DNA of 64,000 nucleotides from Takakia lepidozioides (lineage: Eukaryota > Plantae > Bryophyta): NCBI GenBank assembly GCA_030704615.1, contig CM060733.1, positions 18,290,001 to 18,354,000 of the forward strand, given 5' to 3'. Within the stretch, counting starts at the first letter, position 1; each line of letters begins with the position of its first letter. The notes below the pieces were generated by a model. That model was given only the letters and a program-made list of their open reading frames with translations. It ran no database searches and was not told the origin of the DNA. Position numbers and translations under genes: made by a program. Below are positions 12,661 through 25,250 of the stretch, piece by piece.

Positions 12661-14520
12661 ATGCTGTAAGACATTAATCGGGATTGCGAGAGGACCGCCA
12701 GCTAACCACAAACGTGGCTCTAGCGGTTTTGGTTTGTTTTTAATTTTTAAAAATAATATGAGATAACCCTAGATTAAGTTTTTTTTATTAAAAAAATTTG
12801 GGGATCGCCAACCAACCACAAGTGCAAGTTTAGGGGTTGTCATTTTTATTTAATTCGTTCAAATAATTCAGGACTGCCAAAATGGTGATTCGTATCAAAT
12901 TTCTTTATTTAAAAAAAATTGGGACCACCAGCCGACAGCCAGCCAAAAAGAGCTGGCCTGGTGGTCCTGATTTTTTAAAAATGTTTTATGATAATTCGGG
13001 ACCAACACAATGGCGGCTTGATTTAATTTTCATTTTGATTAGAAAAAAGTCATGACCGCCAGTAAACCACGTGCGTTGGCCTGGAGGTCCCGATTTTATG
13101 TTTTTTTCCTTAAAAATAATAATTTGGGACTGCCTGGGGATCGTTAACAACCCATGAGCGCTCGACTGATGATCCCAAAAATTTTATTTTAAAATAAAAT
13201 AGTTTCTATCGACCTTCAATTTTCTAGGGGCTATACCTTCAATATTACAAAGACCGTATGCCTTTGCAAATGCTTCCCGATGGGCTTGCATTTGCAACGG
13301 AGGAGGTGTTAGAGCAGGGCGATGCCATGAAGCAGCTGCAGTTTGCGACCACAACGCAGGGAATCTTCAATGATCCGTGGTGAACAAACTTGCAATAAGT
13401 ATAAAGCTACCTTGCCTCCTAAGTGTCTCTTTGCAGGATGATTGTAAATCCAAAAATTCGGCCCATTGTTGGGGAGAATGCATGAGATGCTTTGAAGGAT
13501 TATTTCCTAACGAATGGATATGTGGAAAGGCATAGATATTTTTATTTGACACCTACAGATGAGATGAAAAATTTTGCGTTGGTGACATATAACATTCGAG
13601 CAGGGTGGAGTGCACACTGGCAAGAGGTTAGTAAGGAAATTGATGCAGAGTATGAGGCTGATGACAACTAGTCATGGTTAAAAAATCAAATGATCTACGT
13701 GTGGGATGGTAATCACCGCTTGCACACCTGGTTCAAATTGATCAATACCCTGAAGACAAAAGAGAAGCATTGGCATGTGCGAGTGCAATAAAAAATACTG
13801 CAATGTCAGGCCAACACAATCGGCATGCTCAAAGTTGTCATGTTCCAAACAAACACATAAGCCAGCTGATATGTTGTACACTTGACTTTCAAATAGGAAG
13901 GAATTCCAATTTCACCTTGATCATGTCTGTGGTTTAGACGTACCTGTGTTGGTTGCAGTATTAATGAGAAGACGTTTGTGGAGACCAAAGACATACACAA
14001 TCTTTGGTACATTCAGATGATCGGTACAAGTCATATAAAGGGCTCATCACAAAACGCCATTACGACAAATCTTTGGCCAAGGAACCTGACAAAACATGGT
14101 ATATCATGACACAAGAGGCGATGATTGAGATTCTGACGCACATGAGTATCCTAACCTTGTTCCTTGGTGCATTACTTGTCCTTTGGAATTACATAAGTTG
14201 GTCCATAAGTGAATGCTTATGACAATTGTTTGATTCGCATGTAGGCGGACATCATGAAGGCCATTGCACAAACAAAGATAAGATATGATGCCAAAACACC
14301 AAAGGAAGAAATGAACCATGACGGGTTGGCGGTGGCAATTGTATATTTAAATTGGACCACCAATTTTTGTGGTCTTGATTTTATTAATTTTTTTTAAATG
14401 TTCTTAATTTTCTTAAAATCAAGAAAATGATTTTTTTTTAAATTTACATGCATGCGCTCCATGTGGCTATTAATATGTCGACTTGGATAATTTAGTGGCT
14501 TAAAGATTAAAAAAATAATA
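12661..14520. mobile_element. Putative DNA-transposon-like remnant with dispersed GGGACCRCCA-like repeats
   Basis: About 10 degenerate copies in both orientations, separated by AT tracts, at 12690-13145, and a few more at 14326-14380, bracketing a decayed gene. Confidence 0.45.
13423..14030 (+). pseudogene. Decayed ParB/Srx-like domain gene (WDGNHRL motif)
   Basis: Manual translation SLCRMIVNPKIRP...W.AHWQEV...NQMIYVWDGNHRLHTW stays in one frame through three stops; candidate downstream exon after TTGCAG near 13958. Confidence 0.55.
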
Positions 14521-16272
14521 ATAATAATTACCATAAAATCGATTAATCAAGCTGGTATTCAATGAATGGAAATACAACTTGTGCCACCACTTTGTGGTCA
14601 CAAGTTTTTACATTGTAGTATCCATCCAATTGGTCTTGGACATCCATTCCCCGCATAATATGATTTGGCATTGTTTCAGAAGAGGAGAGGTGGGCATAAG
14701 ATGTATACCATTGTGTCAGCGGCTAAGAAAACAATAGTCTTAACATGGCTCACAGTAGTAAAAAATAAATGAACATATTTCTTATCATACCAGAACAAAG
14801 CTATCATCTTCCCTGAAATGTGTATCCTCCACTGCAGCCTCCCCCCCCTCACCACTGACTAGTGCTTCCAAAATACAAGCAACTTGGATACCAACTCTAA
14901 CAGTGTTGACTGTGTCACTGGCATAGATGCTCTTGCTAGCCAAATCAAATATTGGAACAGGGTTGGTAAATAAATTGTCCATCCATATTAAGGATTCGAA
15001 CAATTAGAGACAATCTTCTAATCATGAACTAGTTATAAGCATCTCTCTAGAGTCTAGCAACTGAAGCAGATGCAACTCAAGGAGTTGAAACTGATGACAA
15101 AAGCTAGATTGCAATCCATGGCTTCGAAATATACGAGGCAAAATGCTTCAAATATCTATGGATTCATTTGTGCGTTCCATCATCTCTATCTTTCGACTAA
15201 ACATGTATACCGTAGTTCATTGTGAAGGATGAATCATGATCCAATGTCGCCATTAGACTCGATGCCCTAAAGAACTGTTGATGGTTGATGCTCATGTTGT
15301 GACGTTATTTGTGTACAATTTTGGTTTGGTAGTTAAGATTCCGAAAGTGGGTTGCTCGATGTACTACTCAACACTGAATCCAAACAGTATTTCGAGTTTT
15401 TTTTTGTTGACAAATCGTAACAACAAGTCAAAGAATGATTACCCACATTACAACTACTATAGTGATCTAAAAGAGTTAACTCCTAATGGCCTAAGCTTGG
15501 CCTCATGGTTTCACTTTAACAAAGTTCTCGACGGATTCTCATGGGAATCCAAAGCCGTAACATCTACATGAAGATCTACTCTATCAGAATGTCTATTCCA
15601 ATGCAAACGTCTGTTTGGCAAGTGAGAGAAATGAGCATGAGAAGGGCAGAGTGGATTGGGGTTTCTTGCACGGAATGGCTGACCCATGACCCATTGTACA
15701 AGCCTTAAGAAACAATGGATTAGTGCAAACCCCATTCGAGAGGGATTACATGGACGGAATCAATCAAAAATTTGTGAGGACCTTCCCGACTTGATTGAAA
15801 AATTGGGACCGTTCCGTTTTTTAAACAACAATTTTTTCTTAAAATTAAAAAGGTGGCAAAGTGCTAAAAGATGCAATGTATGATTCCCAACTGGATCACT
15901 ACAAAGGAGGTATATCCAAATCTTGTCCAACAAGTCTGGAAAATTAGGATAAGCTGCCCAACATCATGAGATATCTTCTTATGGAAATTGGGTTCAATTG
16001 GATCAGCCATTTAGGAATTTCGATAAGATTTGTGATTTTGTTTTCCTATTTTGCAACGGTTGTAAAATATTAAATATATATATATATATATATGCTCAAA
16101 AAATGGTTATAAAATTCCAATTCTTACAGAAAAATATCATGAAATTAGAGGTGAAGGTAAGGGATATAGTCAGGAACATGATTGAAAAGTCAAGTTGCAG
16201 AGATCTTATTATAGTCTTAGTACAAAATAAGGTGGCCATGGGTGTAGATTTGCAGATCTTAGCACAGTCTTA

Positions 16273-16751
16273 GGTCCCTTCCAGACTAGCGACCAGACAA
16301 AACACTCGAAAATAACGTTTGTCCACTGTTTCGGCCACTTCACAGATGCCATGTCATCAAAAGTTACAGGAAGTTGCGGGAACCCAGCAGACGAGCTTCA
16401 TAACGTTTTCACACCAAGTAGTGGACAAAAAGGGTCCACTGGACAAGATATCGCGCTCACGATGCTTTGGCAAAGGTACAGGGTGCAGAGAAAGAGGTGC
16501 GAAGAGAGCCACCAAGAGGCTTCGTAAGGTTTTGTCCAGTGGACAAGATTTGGGGCCTGCTACTACCCTGGCCCCAAATTTGTTTTGCTTTGTCCACTGA
16601 GGTGGCGAGATTGGAGCCATGACTCAGCACGTTGGAGACACTTCTCTTCAGTGGACAAAACCAAGTCTGAAAGTGTGTAGCGGACAAAATCTGGTTTCTA
16701 ATCAATCAGATTGCAAGTTCCTTTTGTCCGGTCGCTAGTGTGGAACGGCCC
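16273..16751. mobile_element. Tourist/PIF-Harbinger-like MITE (479 bp)
   Basis: 30-bp terminal inverted repeats (26/30 match), TTA on both flanks (16270-16272, 16752-16754), repeated internal GGACAAAA/TTTGTCC motifs, no transposase. Confidence 0.85.
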
Positions 16752-16938
16752 TTAGTATCAAAAGAAAAGGTGGCGAGGGGTGCAGATTTTGCAGTCAATG
16801 GTGGAAAAAGCTGCAGGCCTGTAAGTAGGGGTTAAGGGTGGAAAGTGTCTTGGTGATCATGTTGGCACAAGTCCTCGATCCAGCATGATCGGAGGAAGTT
16901 CTTGGAAGAAGGCACGGTGACAAGGAGCCGGGAGCATC

Positions 16939-19428
16939 ATGAAGCTCGTCAGGTTGGCCACTAATGTCCGGACTTTGTGTCGATCGTCTGCTAGGGTTCA
17001 GCATTTTGTTTCCGTCGATGGGCTGAACTTATTACAGGATTTGGTAGATGTTCTTGTCTGTCTTTCACTTGTATGCAGGATGTGGGCGTTGGTCGCTTTC
17101 CACGTAGTGTTTCTCCAACTGTCACCATGTTACATTATTTGCGTAGCACTGACATGATGTTGGAAACTGTTGATAACTCAGCTCACAATCTGACTATGTC
17201 GCAATGATTCAGCCAATCTTTGTCAGGGAATGAAGTAGCTGCAACCCAGGTGCTACGCAATTGCCATAGTCAAACGAACAAAGCTTTCTTTCTGTGCCTT
17301 CAAAAGGCCAATCCTCATGGGACAAGGTTTAAGGTTTAGGGTTTATGTTCTGCAAAGACGTAGGACATTTGTATTGTCTTTTCTTCTCATGGACTAGTAG
17401 ACAACCGTTACCAAAAACAGGGGGTAGACTTATTTCCTTCAGTGCATGAGATGTGACTATTTTTCTTTTTGTAGTGAGAGTATAATGCTTCAGATTTGTA
17501 AGGGTTTGAATTTTCTGCAAAAAACCACATAATGGACAGGGTTATGCATTGATAGGGCCAGGTTTTTGATGAAGCTGAACAATGAAACTGCGGGTATAGA
17601 GCTGAAGAATGGCACCATTGTGCACGACACAATCACAGGTCCCTTTGTCCTACTCTTAACGTCCCTGTTGTTTTGTGTACATTCTTCACTATCCCACTTG
17701 TTCACGCAAAGTGAAGCTGTGGTTGATAAAGAGAATCTTAGTCAAGTTGAAATGGGTTGGCATTGTGGTAATGGACCCCCCCATTTTGGATGTGCAGAAA
17801 AGGGGAAGAAGGATTCTCGTCATGGACATAAATATAGGTGAGTCCTGCAAGTCTGGCGTATAGGGCAATGAGGGGTGGCAGTTTGTTGAGACAAACGAGT
17901 ACTCAACTAGCAGATAAAAGTCTGGTAAATCATTTGGGAGTTGCTATGGCACATCCAATAGAGCAATTACATAGGCATCTTCAAGGTTAGCTAATGAAGG
18001 GGAGGTTGTCTCTGGTACATGAGGGAGTGATGACTACCATTCTGCTAGTGTCATGGTCATTGCAAAATAGTACCAGAACACAACAACAGTTTCTAGGACA
18101 GGAATACAAATAATTGTGAGTTTGACAAGGTCTAATACTCTCGTATGGACACTTATAAATCTTAACAGGGTTTACACTCTCTTGGTTACTTCTATTAAGT
18201 CCTGTCCCAAGAACAGACAATAAGTTCTCCTGTTGTTTATGGCCTCTAGTCACTTGTAGAATACTTCAGCGCTAGCTATGATCTTTTAGAAGTTTCAGTG
18301 AATGGCCTACCTAATACAGTTATACATCTCAAGTGACAGAACTTTCTTTTGCAAAGTGCTCTTTCTTGGCCAGGCTCTTAGAGTCTATAGTCGTCACTAC
18401 TACCGGTGAAGGAAAATGTATGAGGGTGGTAGTTAAAACTTTGCAAGCAATGGAAATAGATGGCTCAGCTGGACTCAGAAAGGAAAACCTCTTACAGGAG
18501 TGGATATCAGCATGAACACTCATCTGAAAACTGTGAAAGTTACTCTGAAAAAGAAGAATCCTGCTGCACTTGAGAATCTCAGCATCCGTGGCAACAATAT
18601 CTGATACTACATTCTCCCAGACAGTTTGAATCTTGACACACTGCTGGTTGAGGACACTCCTCATGTGAAGACCAAGAAGTCTATTGCTGGTAGGCCCCTG
18701 TTTTCTCACACATGCTTCTTTTTGTAACTGTGATCTTGCTGTGGTATTCTGTTGATGATAAACATTTAACCTGTCCTTGCCTCTATTAGGTCTTATGTCC
18801 TATGGAGGCAGTCCAATTTTTGTTCCCACTTGAAGAGTTGTTTTGTTGGACCCTCATGCAAGTTGATATAAACCTCATCTTTCCCCTCTTATCCCTTCCC
18901 TTCTCACAACCTTACATTTATGCATGGGGAGTGATTGAAATAATGAGTACCGGTTGCTCCAAAGAGTAATTAGCAACTCTGTTTATTTTTGTTTTCTACT
19001 TCTTGGCTTCACTGTATACGTGTTGGAAGAGTGTTGTTGGAAGCTGAACCCTTGCACAGACTAGGATTTACTGTTTGAAAAGACTTTTCTGCGCCTGCTG
19101 ATTGTGAATGCACTTGTACTAAGAAGATGGTGTACAGTCGGTAGTAGCCGACACGTCCACTAGCATGAAATGTATAAGCACACCATCTTTTACATGCACC
19201 CATGGGGTGGGTGATAGTAGGCTGTTGTGATTGTCATTTGAAAAGAGGCCTCGTGCAGTGAAGGTTCCCGGAGTTTTTACCCTAAACCCCGTAGATGTCG
19301 AATGATAGGAGTCCCTTCTTCTGTTGGTATGTGAGTTGATAGACTTTTTCCTTCATGAATGTGCAGGAATGCCAATTGGCAGGGGACGAGGACGGGGCCG
19401 TGGCAGGGGACGTGGACGTGGGCGGTAG
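16939..19428 (+). pseudogene. SmD1: Small nuclear ribonucleoprotein Sm D1, 4 coding exons, in-frame stop
   Basis: Exons 16939-16952, 17562-17638, 18498-18689 and 19367-19428 with GT-AG introns give [13 protein letters not shown]...[11 protein letters not shown]...RGNNI*YYILPDSLNL...(GR)n. TGA at 18602-18604 replaces the conserved Arg. Confidence 0.92.
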
Positions 19429-20499
19429 TTCTAGACTGCAGTGAAAGTCAACTAACAACTGACTGAGTTGCCATTTGTTTCTTAATGCATTTGGAAGAAA
19501 AGGATGCCAACTTGGCTCTGGAGATCATCCAATTGGACCGCTTGTTGATTTTGCCTACTAAAGAGCTCATTGAGTTTGAGTCCGTGCTCAGTTGTGAGCT
19601 TCTCTAGAGCTTCGATTCGCAAGATTGCCGTATCATGATGTTATTTAATCTTTCCATCGAACTCTGTCCTCAGACTTTTCTCCATGTCTGCCATGTTGTC
19701 CTGCTCAATATGGTGTTTTCCCAAATTTGGTGTTTTTGATGTGGAAGGATGTAAGAGATATATACATGTTTCCTTATAGGCATTTGTCTGTACTTAGGTA
19801 TATGGAATCTTACAACTGCTAGAAACTCTCAATCCAGTTGCAGCTCTTTTCAGTGTGGTTAATGTGAAAGAGAACGATAGAAAGACTTGTATGTTTACAA
19901 GGAGAGGAAGATGTATATATATACATCTGTGTGTGTCTGAGAGTCTTTACATGCCAGACAGTGCATATCGTTTTGACTAGAGCAAGATGGGAGAGAAATT
20001 AAGGCTGATTTGCAGTCATAGTCTTGCTCATACATCCCTATGTGCAATTTGGACACCATAGAGCAAAAATGTGGGGAGAAAGATGGAGAGAGAGCTCCTT
20101 TGTGCAATCTGAGCTGGAAACCTTGCATCTATTGACTATAACATATATGAGTTTTCATGATGGAACAATAAACAACAATGCATAAAAGCAGGCGGAAGCG
20201 TAGCACCTGTATTTTGTCCGTGAGAGCAAATAAACTATCGAATTTCTCGGCAACATAGCGGGCATTTTCTGCCAAGGTCAGCTCGGTCAATGAGGGCCCC
20301 GGCTCGTCTACACGAGCCGTGGATGCCTCTTCTTCCTTTCCTCTCTCTTCTCCTTCCTCGCCCTCCTCGCCCTCCTCATCCATTTCTTCTTCTTCTTCAG
20401 CCATCTCACCTGACTATATGAACCTGATTGGCTACATCTCTTTATCTCACCGGCGACATGTTTATGCTTGCAAGTGGCTCACTAGTATTTGGTCTCTAT

Positions 20500-23400
20500 C
20501 TTCTATCTGTCCCAGTGTAGTTTTGGATCAGTAAATTGCGAATTCTTACCCTCTCGTCTCAATGATAGATTGATCAAAACGCCTAACTTAAATAAATTCC
20601 AGGGCTCCTCTATCTCTCTCTTGCTCTCTGAAAAGAACGTGTCAGTTTTCTTTTGATAAACTGTTAGAATATAGTCTGAAGTACCCCACCAAGTCTGTTT
20701 GTCCCTGCCTTTGTCCTGACACTTTGCGAGTCTTCTTCTTTGCTTAACTATACTTACTGTTCGCTCTATCATGCACAGAGAGACTATATTTCGCCCTCTC
20801 TCTCCACAGATCTCTCACAGGAACTCAAGTGTGTCATCCCCTACACTCTCTCGCACACAAACACTCCCCCCCAAATCTCACAACACAAGTCTTACCCCAC
20901 AAATCTCCAAAACTACAAAACTCTTAAAATTTCAGTCTCCCCCAGATTTCTCCACCAGACCAACAGAGCAATCGTATGCCACCCGGGTCATACTGGGTTC
21001 AAATCTTGCTACCCAGATGTGGGTGGTAACATTTCTCCCCTTCTTGGGCAGTGGCCCATAAGCTGGTTCATGGCGAGGTTACTTTTCCTCTCATTGTGCA
21101 ATTAAAGGGCCAATCAGTGAGTGAGCAGTCACTCCCGGTTGTTTCCTTCAGCCCGAAGGCAGAGAGACAGATGACGACAGGGGTTTGTAGGCTTGGCTCT
21201 AGAATCCCTTATCTTCACTAATGAAAAACTGAAATGGCTGAACAGTTTGCTACCTTTGGGCCCGAATGTTTCTTCCTGATGTAAAGGAAAAGAGGCGTAT
21301 GTATAATAAGATATGAGCAAGCCCTCGCTGCCACGGAGAGAGCTTGCTAGCCTGTATGTCTGGCTATGCGCTGCCAGCTGCTCATTCATCATTCTTCGAC
21401 TAAACCCAGCGAAACGGACTGGACTCCACGATACCTGTACAGTGTAGTCTGAGAATCACTGGCATGGCTCGTGTGTAGACAGTCTATCTTTTTCTCATAA
21501 GCACGAGTTCACAAGACTGATGGTGACTTCATCTTGCACGGAGCACTTACCTTGAGGTTGAAGCTTTCGTTACTGCGATTAGAGAAAATTTGGAACGAGG
21601 TCTTATTAGGAAGACCTCCGTTAGGCTTTAGAGTTCTGCAGTTCCCCCTAACTATTCCTGGGAGCAAGAGCAACTTTCTGCCCTCCATTCCTAGTTGCTT
21701 TCTTCAAGTAGGACAGCAAAGGTCGATTTCCATGGGACCCACTACCATACACCCTTCAACTGGGAGACAAGGAGAGGCCTTTCGGGCAATCACTGTCTGG
21801 AGTTACACTTATTATTTGCACTACCTTTGGTGGGTCCTTTCAGGCAAGGGCACCTGGATTGTTTTGTGCTCGAACTTACGAGTGCGCGGCGGCATCCTCT
21901 TCCAAATTTTAGTATGAAATGATGTTGTGGGTCAATGATATGCATATGCTCGGAGACCATCAACTCATGTCTGAAGGTTTTTCTTGGGGGCCTACTTGAA
22001 AAGGATGAAACACCTAACAACAACCATGACAAAAAGGAGTGGCACACTCCAATCCAACACCCAATGTCTTCTCCAGAGTTCATGTGGCTCTATTACTGTA
22101 CCAAGACACCGCACTGGGTAGCAGGATTTGAACCACCCACATAAAAAGAGAGAGAACTATTGACACTAAAAAATTGGTGCTGTAGTTTAAGCTTGCCCAA
22201 GGTGGCCAGGTTAACAATGGTATTCTCTGTTGTACTTTCATTGTTTGATGCCCTGGTGGATGTCCTTCATGACCTGACTTAAAATGGACCGAGAACCTAA
22301 TACTCTTCCTCTGATGCATCCGGAACATAGCGAACTGCCTGTGGGGCCGCATATTGATGTAAAAAAAGCACATCCTGTCTGTGAGCCTCTCTTTTAGACA
22401 GCTATCGCTTTAGGCAGCCCTCGCTATTCTAGCCTGTTTCATTGCTTCTTCTTTTGGCAAATTGTAAGTTTATCTGTCACTCTTGCCTCGTCGCAGGTCA
22501 CACCCACAGTGTCGCTTGGACAACTCATAGATTTGACTCTTTGACTATTTTCCTCTACTTTTTGGAGAAGACTCACACGAGATAATAATATAATGAGAAT
22601 GCACAAGCGAGCGAGGTATGGATCATTAGCACTTTTGCAGACAAAGCCCGATGGTGGGCACCGGCATGGGACAAGTTGTGATGAGCTAGTTTTGGGTCCA
22701 GTAAAGTAATAATCTTCGAGGCTGCTAGCCTGGGCCCGCACACAGATATGACAAGGAGGGACTTTGAAGTTTGTACCTTTCGCATAATGGTTTGACTATT
22801 ATCATACTCCAAAGTAGAGCTACATTATTTGACTATGTATAGAAAGAGAACATGAGTGACTGTTGGAAAAGTGTGTGAGCCATGTGTCCCTCTACTCTAA
22901 CTTAGCAACATTCCAAGATAAAGTGGTGGATAGATTTGGTGATATATTGACAGAGCCGAGCTGGATTTGGAACTTTGTCGGTGTCCCTGGCACCTGTCTT
23001 GTCCAAGGGATTTTTGTGAAGAGAAAGGAACGCTTGTATGGGAGGAGGCAAATTTGTGCCACGAGAGCTAGGCTTGAGTTTTGCTATTGGGTACTAGACT
23101 GTTGTAACTCATGGTTTTGATACGGATCTTTGAGTTTTAATATCAGGAAGACAAATTTAGTTGGTCAGAAGCATGATTATAGTCTGGACAGTTGTTTCAT
23201 GTTTCAACTTGGTATTCGTATAATACCCAAGAGCTCGAGTTACCTGAGGCATGATGCATGAAATGAATGATCATGTAAGGTAGTGGAAAGCAACATTCCA
23301 TAGATCCAATTCGAAGTTTATGATCCTATTGAATCCTTTCACTCGTTTGCCCGCACCCAACCACAAGGTAACGCTCTGCGAAATCTGGGTGAAGTCATCA

Positions 23401-25250
23401 ACAAAATTATACCAGTTTATTGTGGGAACAGGTCCACTCGCAGTGTTAATTTGTGCCTGGCGAGGTTTGTAGTTTGTACAAACTACAAACTGGCATGAAC
23501 ATTTGTAACTACAGACTTGTTAGTACTTCCTTCAATACCCACACAGCTCATGCAATCAAACACAATCAACCAAGCAAGCTGCGTCGAGTACTCACACATC
23601 TCATCAGAGTCTCCAATATAAGTGATCACAGAGGGGCATCCCAACTTCCAAGCCAGCCCTAGGCTCTCACAGTGGCAGTGAAGGAGCAGTGAAGGAGCAG
23701 AGCATCAGGGAGAGACAATGAAGACGAGTATGCCATCACTCTGGCGACTTACGGACCCCGAGAATCAGGGCTCCCTTACCATCATTGTCGGTCACCGGAA
23801 GTCGCCACTATATCTCACACGTGTGACTTAACCATTACCCCAACCCAGCTTATCGCAGGTCACCAGCTAGTCGGTGGTAACTAAACGTCTATTAATTAGT
23901 AACTACTAGTTACTACTGGGGGTGAAAGCGGCCGACAGGATCTATGACACCTTGGACATGATATCCCCAGTCATAATGGTGGGGGGTATTTTATCCTTGA
24001 GGGAGAGAACTAGTATGGCTATCCCATTATTTAGATGAGGGGATTTGACGGTATTTGGGGAGATCCTGTAGATACCACTAGTTATGGTGTATTATACCTG
24101 GTACTTATCTTTACTGATTCACCCAATCCCACTGCATCTTACTTTATTTCAACCCCACAAACTGGCAAGCACATTGACACTTCAGTGCAATTGAGTAAAC
24201 ATTTTACCCCCAAGTTCTGCTTCCTACATGTAATAATAAATAAGTCTGATGCAGAGGGTACTGGGGAGTAAATGGGTAAGTATACCAGAAAACAGTTGAG
24301 CAAGAGTCAAGACAGGTGCTTCCCTTAGCGAAAAACAAACAAAAGCGAAAAATTCCAGAAAAGCAAATACTCATAACAATCAAGGTGTTTCTCTTGTATA
24401 TGCCTGGTGATGGGTCCTCATCAGATCCATGGATTGCAGTGAGCAAGCCACACTGTTGGGGTAACTTAACCATGATCCTCTGTCCAAGAGGACAGAGGCA
24501 GGTGCTAGCTGTTAAGGTGGCTGACATGCATGTTAGCTGCCACACAGATTCGAGGAACCGTGCCTGCACCAAGGCATGTTTGATGAAGGGTGATGTGGGG
24601 GAGTGCATCCCAGTGACGTCCACAGTCCACAGTGTGGGCTACGGCGCAAGAGACATGGAAACATCAAGGTTGTGCGCGTAAAGCATGAATTGACAAGGAA
24701 CTGGTTGGAAGCACGATGGGTCGGTCACAAGTCTGTCCGACGCCTTTAACACAAAGAGGAAAAAGGTGGGTTCTTGGCTTCTTGGGCGGGTCACTCTCTC
24801 TGTAAAGAGGGGTTCGCTCAAGAAAAAGGATGGGTAGTATGAGTCATGCTGTACCTATGGATTAGGGTTGATGGGAACAGGTGGGTTAGTTGGTAGTTCA
24901 GGTGGCAGTGGAGTAGTAGGTTCCGCAGTGCGGCAGAGGCCCACTGGGTACAATTGAAGAGCTGCAGTCACCGCAGTTCCTTGCGTAAGGAACAATCTAC
25001 CAAATGAAACCTTTTCTCAAAAAAATTATCGGGTTACCTACGGTTCTGCGGATGCTCCAAGATCAGCTCTTCTTGGAAAGAACATCTCGGAAGCTGGAGA
25101 CTCATCGCCTGTTCGTCAGTGCATATTCATCGTCTTTTCCGCATAGATACTGCGCATCGGCTAATGGTGACATGATAGCATGTTTCCATGTGCTTTGATA
25201 CTTAGCCATGGCGAGGAGCAACAATCAAAGAGGATTTTATTAGACTTGTT
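20500..25250 (-). mobile_element. Highly degraded Ty3/Gypsy remnants
   Basis: Minus-strand PPT AAGAAGGGGAGAAA followed by TGTTACC at about 21031-21045; fragmentary pol-like peptide (MPPRTRKFEHK near 21860); PBS-like GTATCAAAGC near 25192-25201. Boundaries uncertain. Confidence 0.4.

Noticed and set aside
12690-13145. CRISPR-like repeat-spacer array
   Set aside because: Repeats are short, degenerate, irregularly spaced and in both orientations; eukaryotic context and no cas genes.
14560-15600. Possible decayed transposase fragments
   Set aside because: Only a weak PTFG...KLYT resemblance to MULE; too degraded to support a call.
18602-18604. Stop restored by U-to-C editing or selenocysteine readthrough
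   Set aside because: Reverse editing is known from organellar transcripts, and additional substitutions at conserved residues point to decay.
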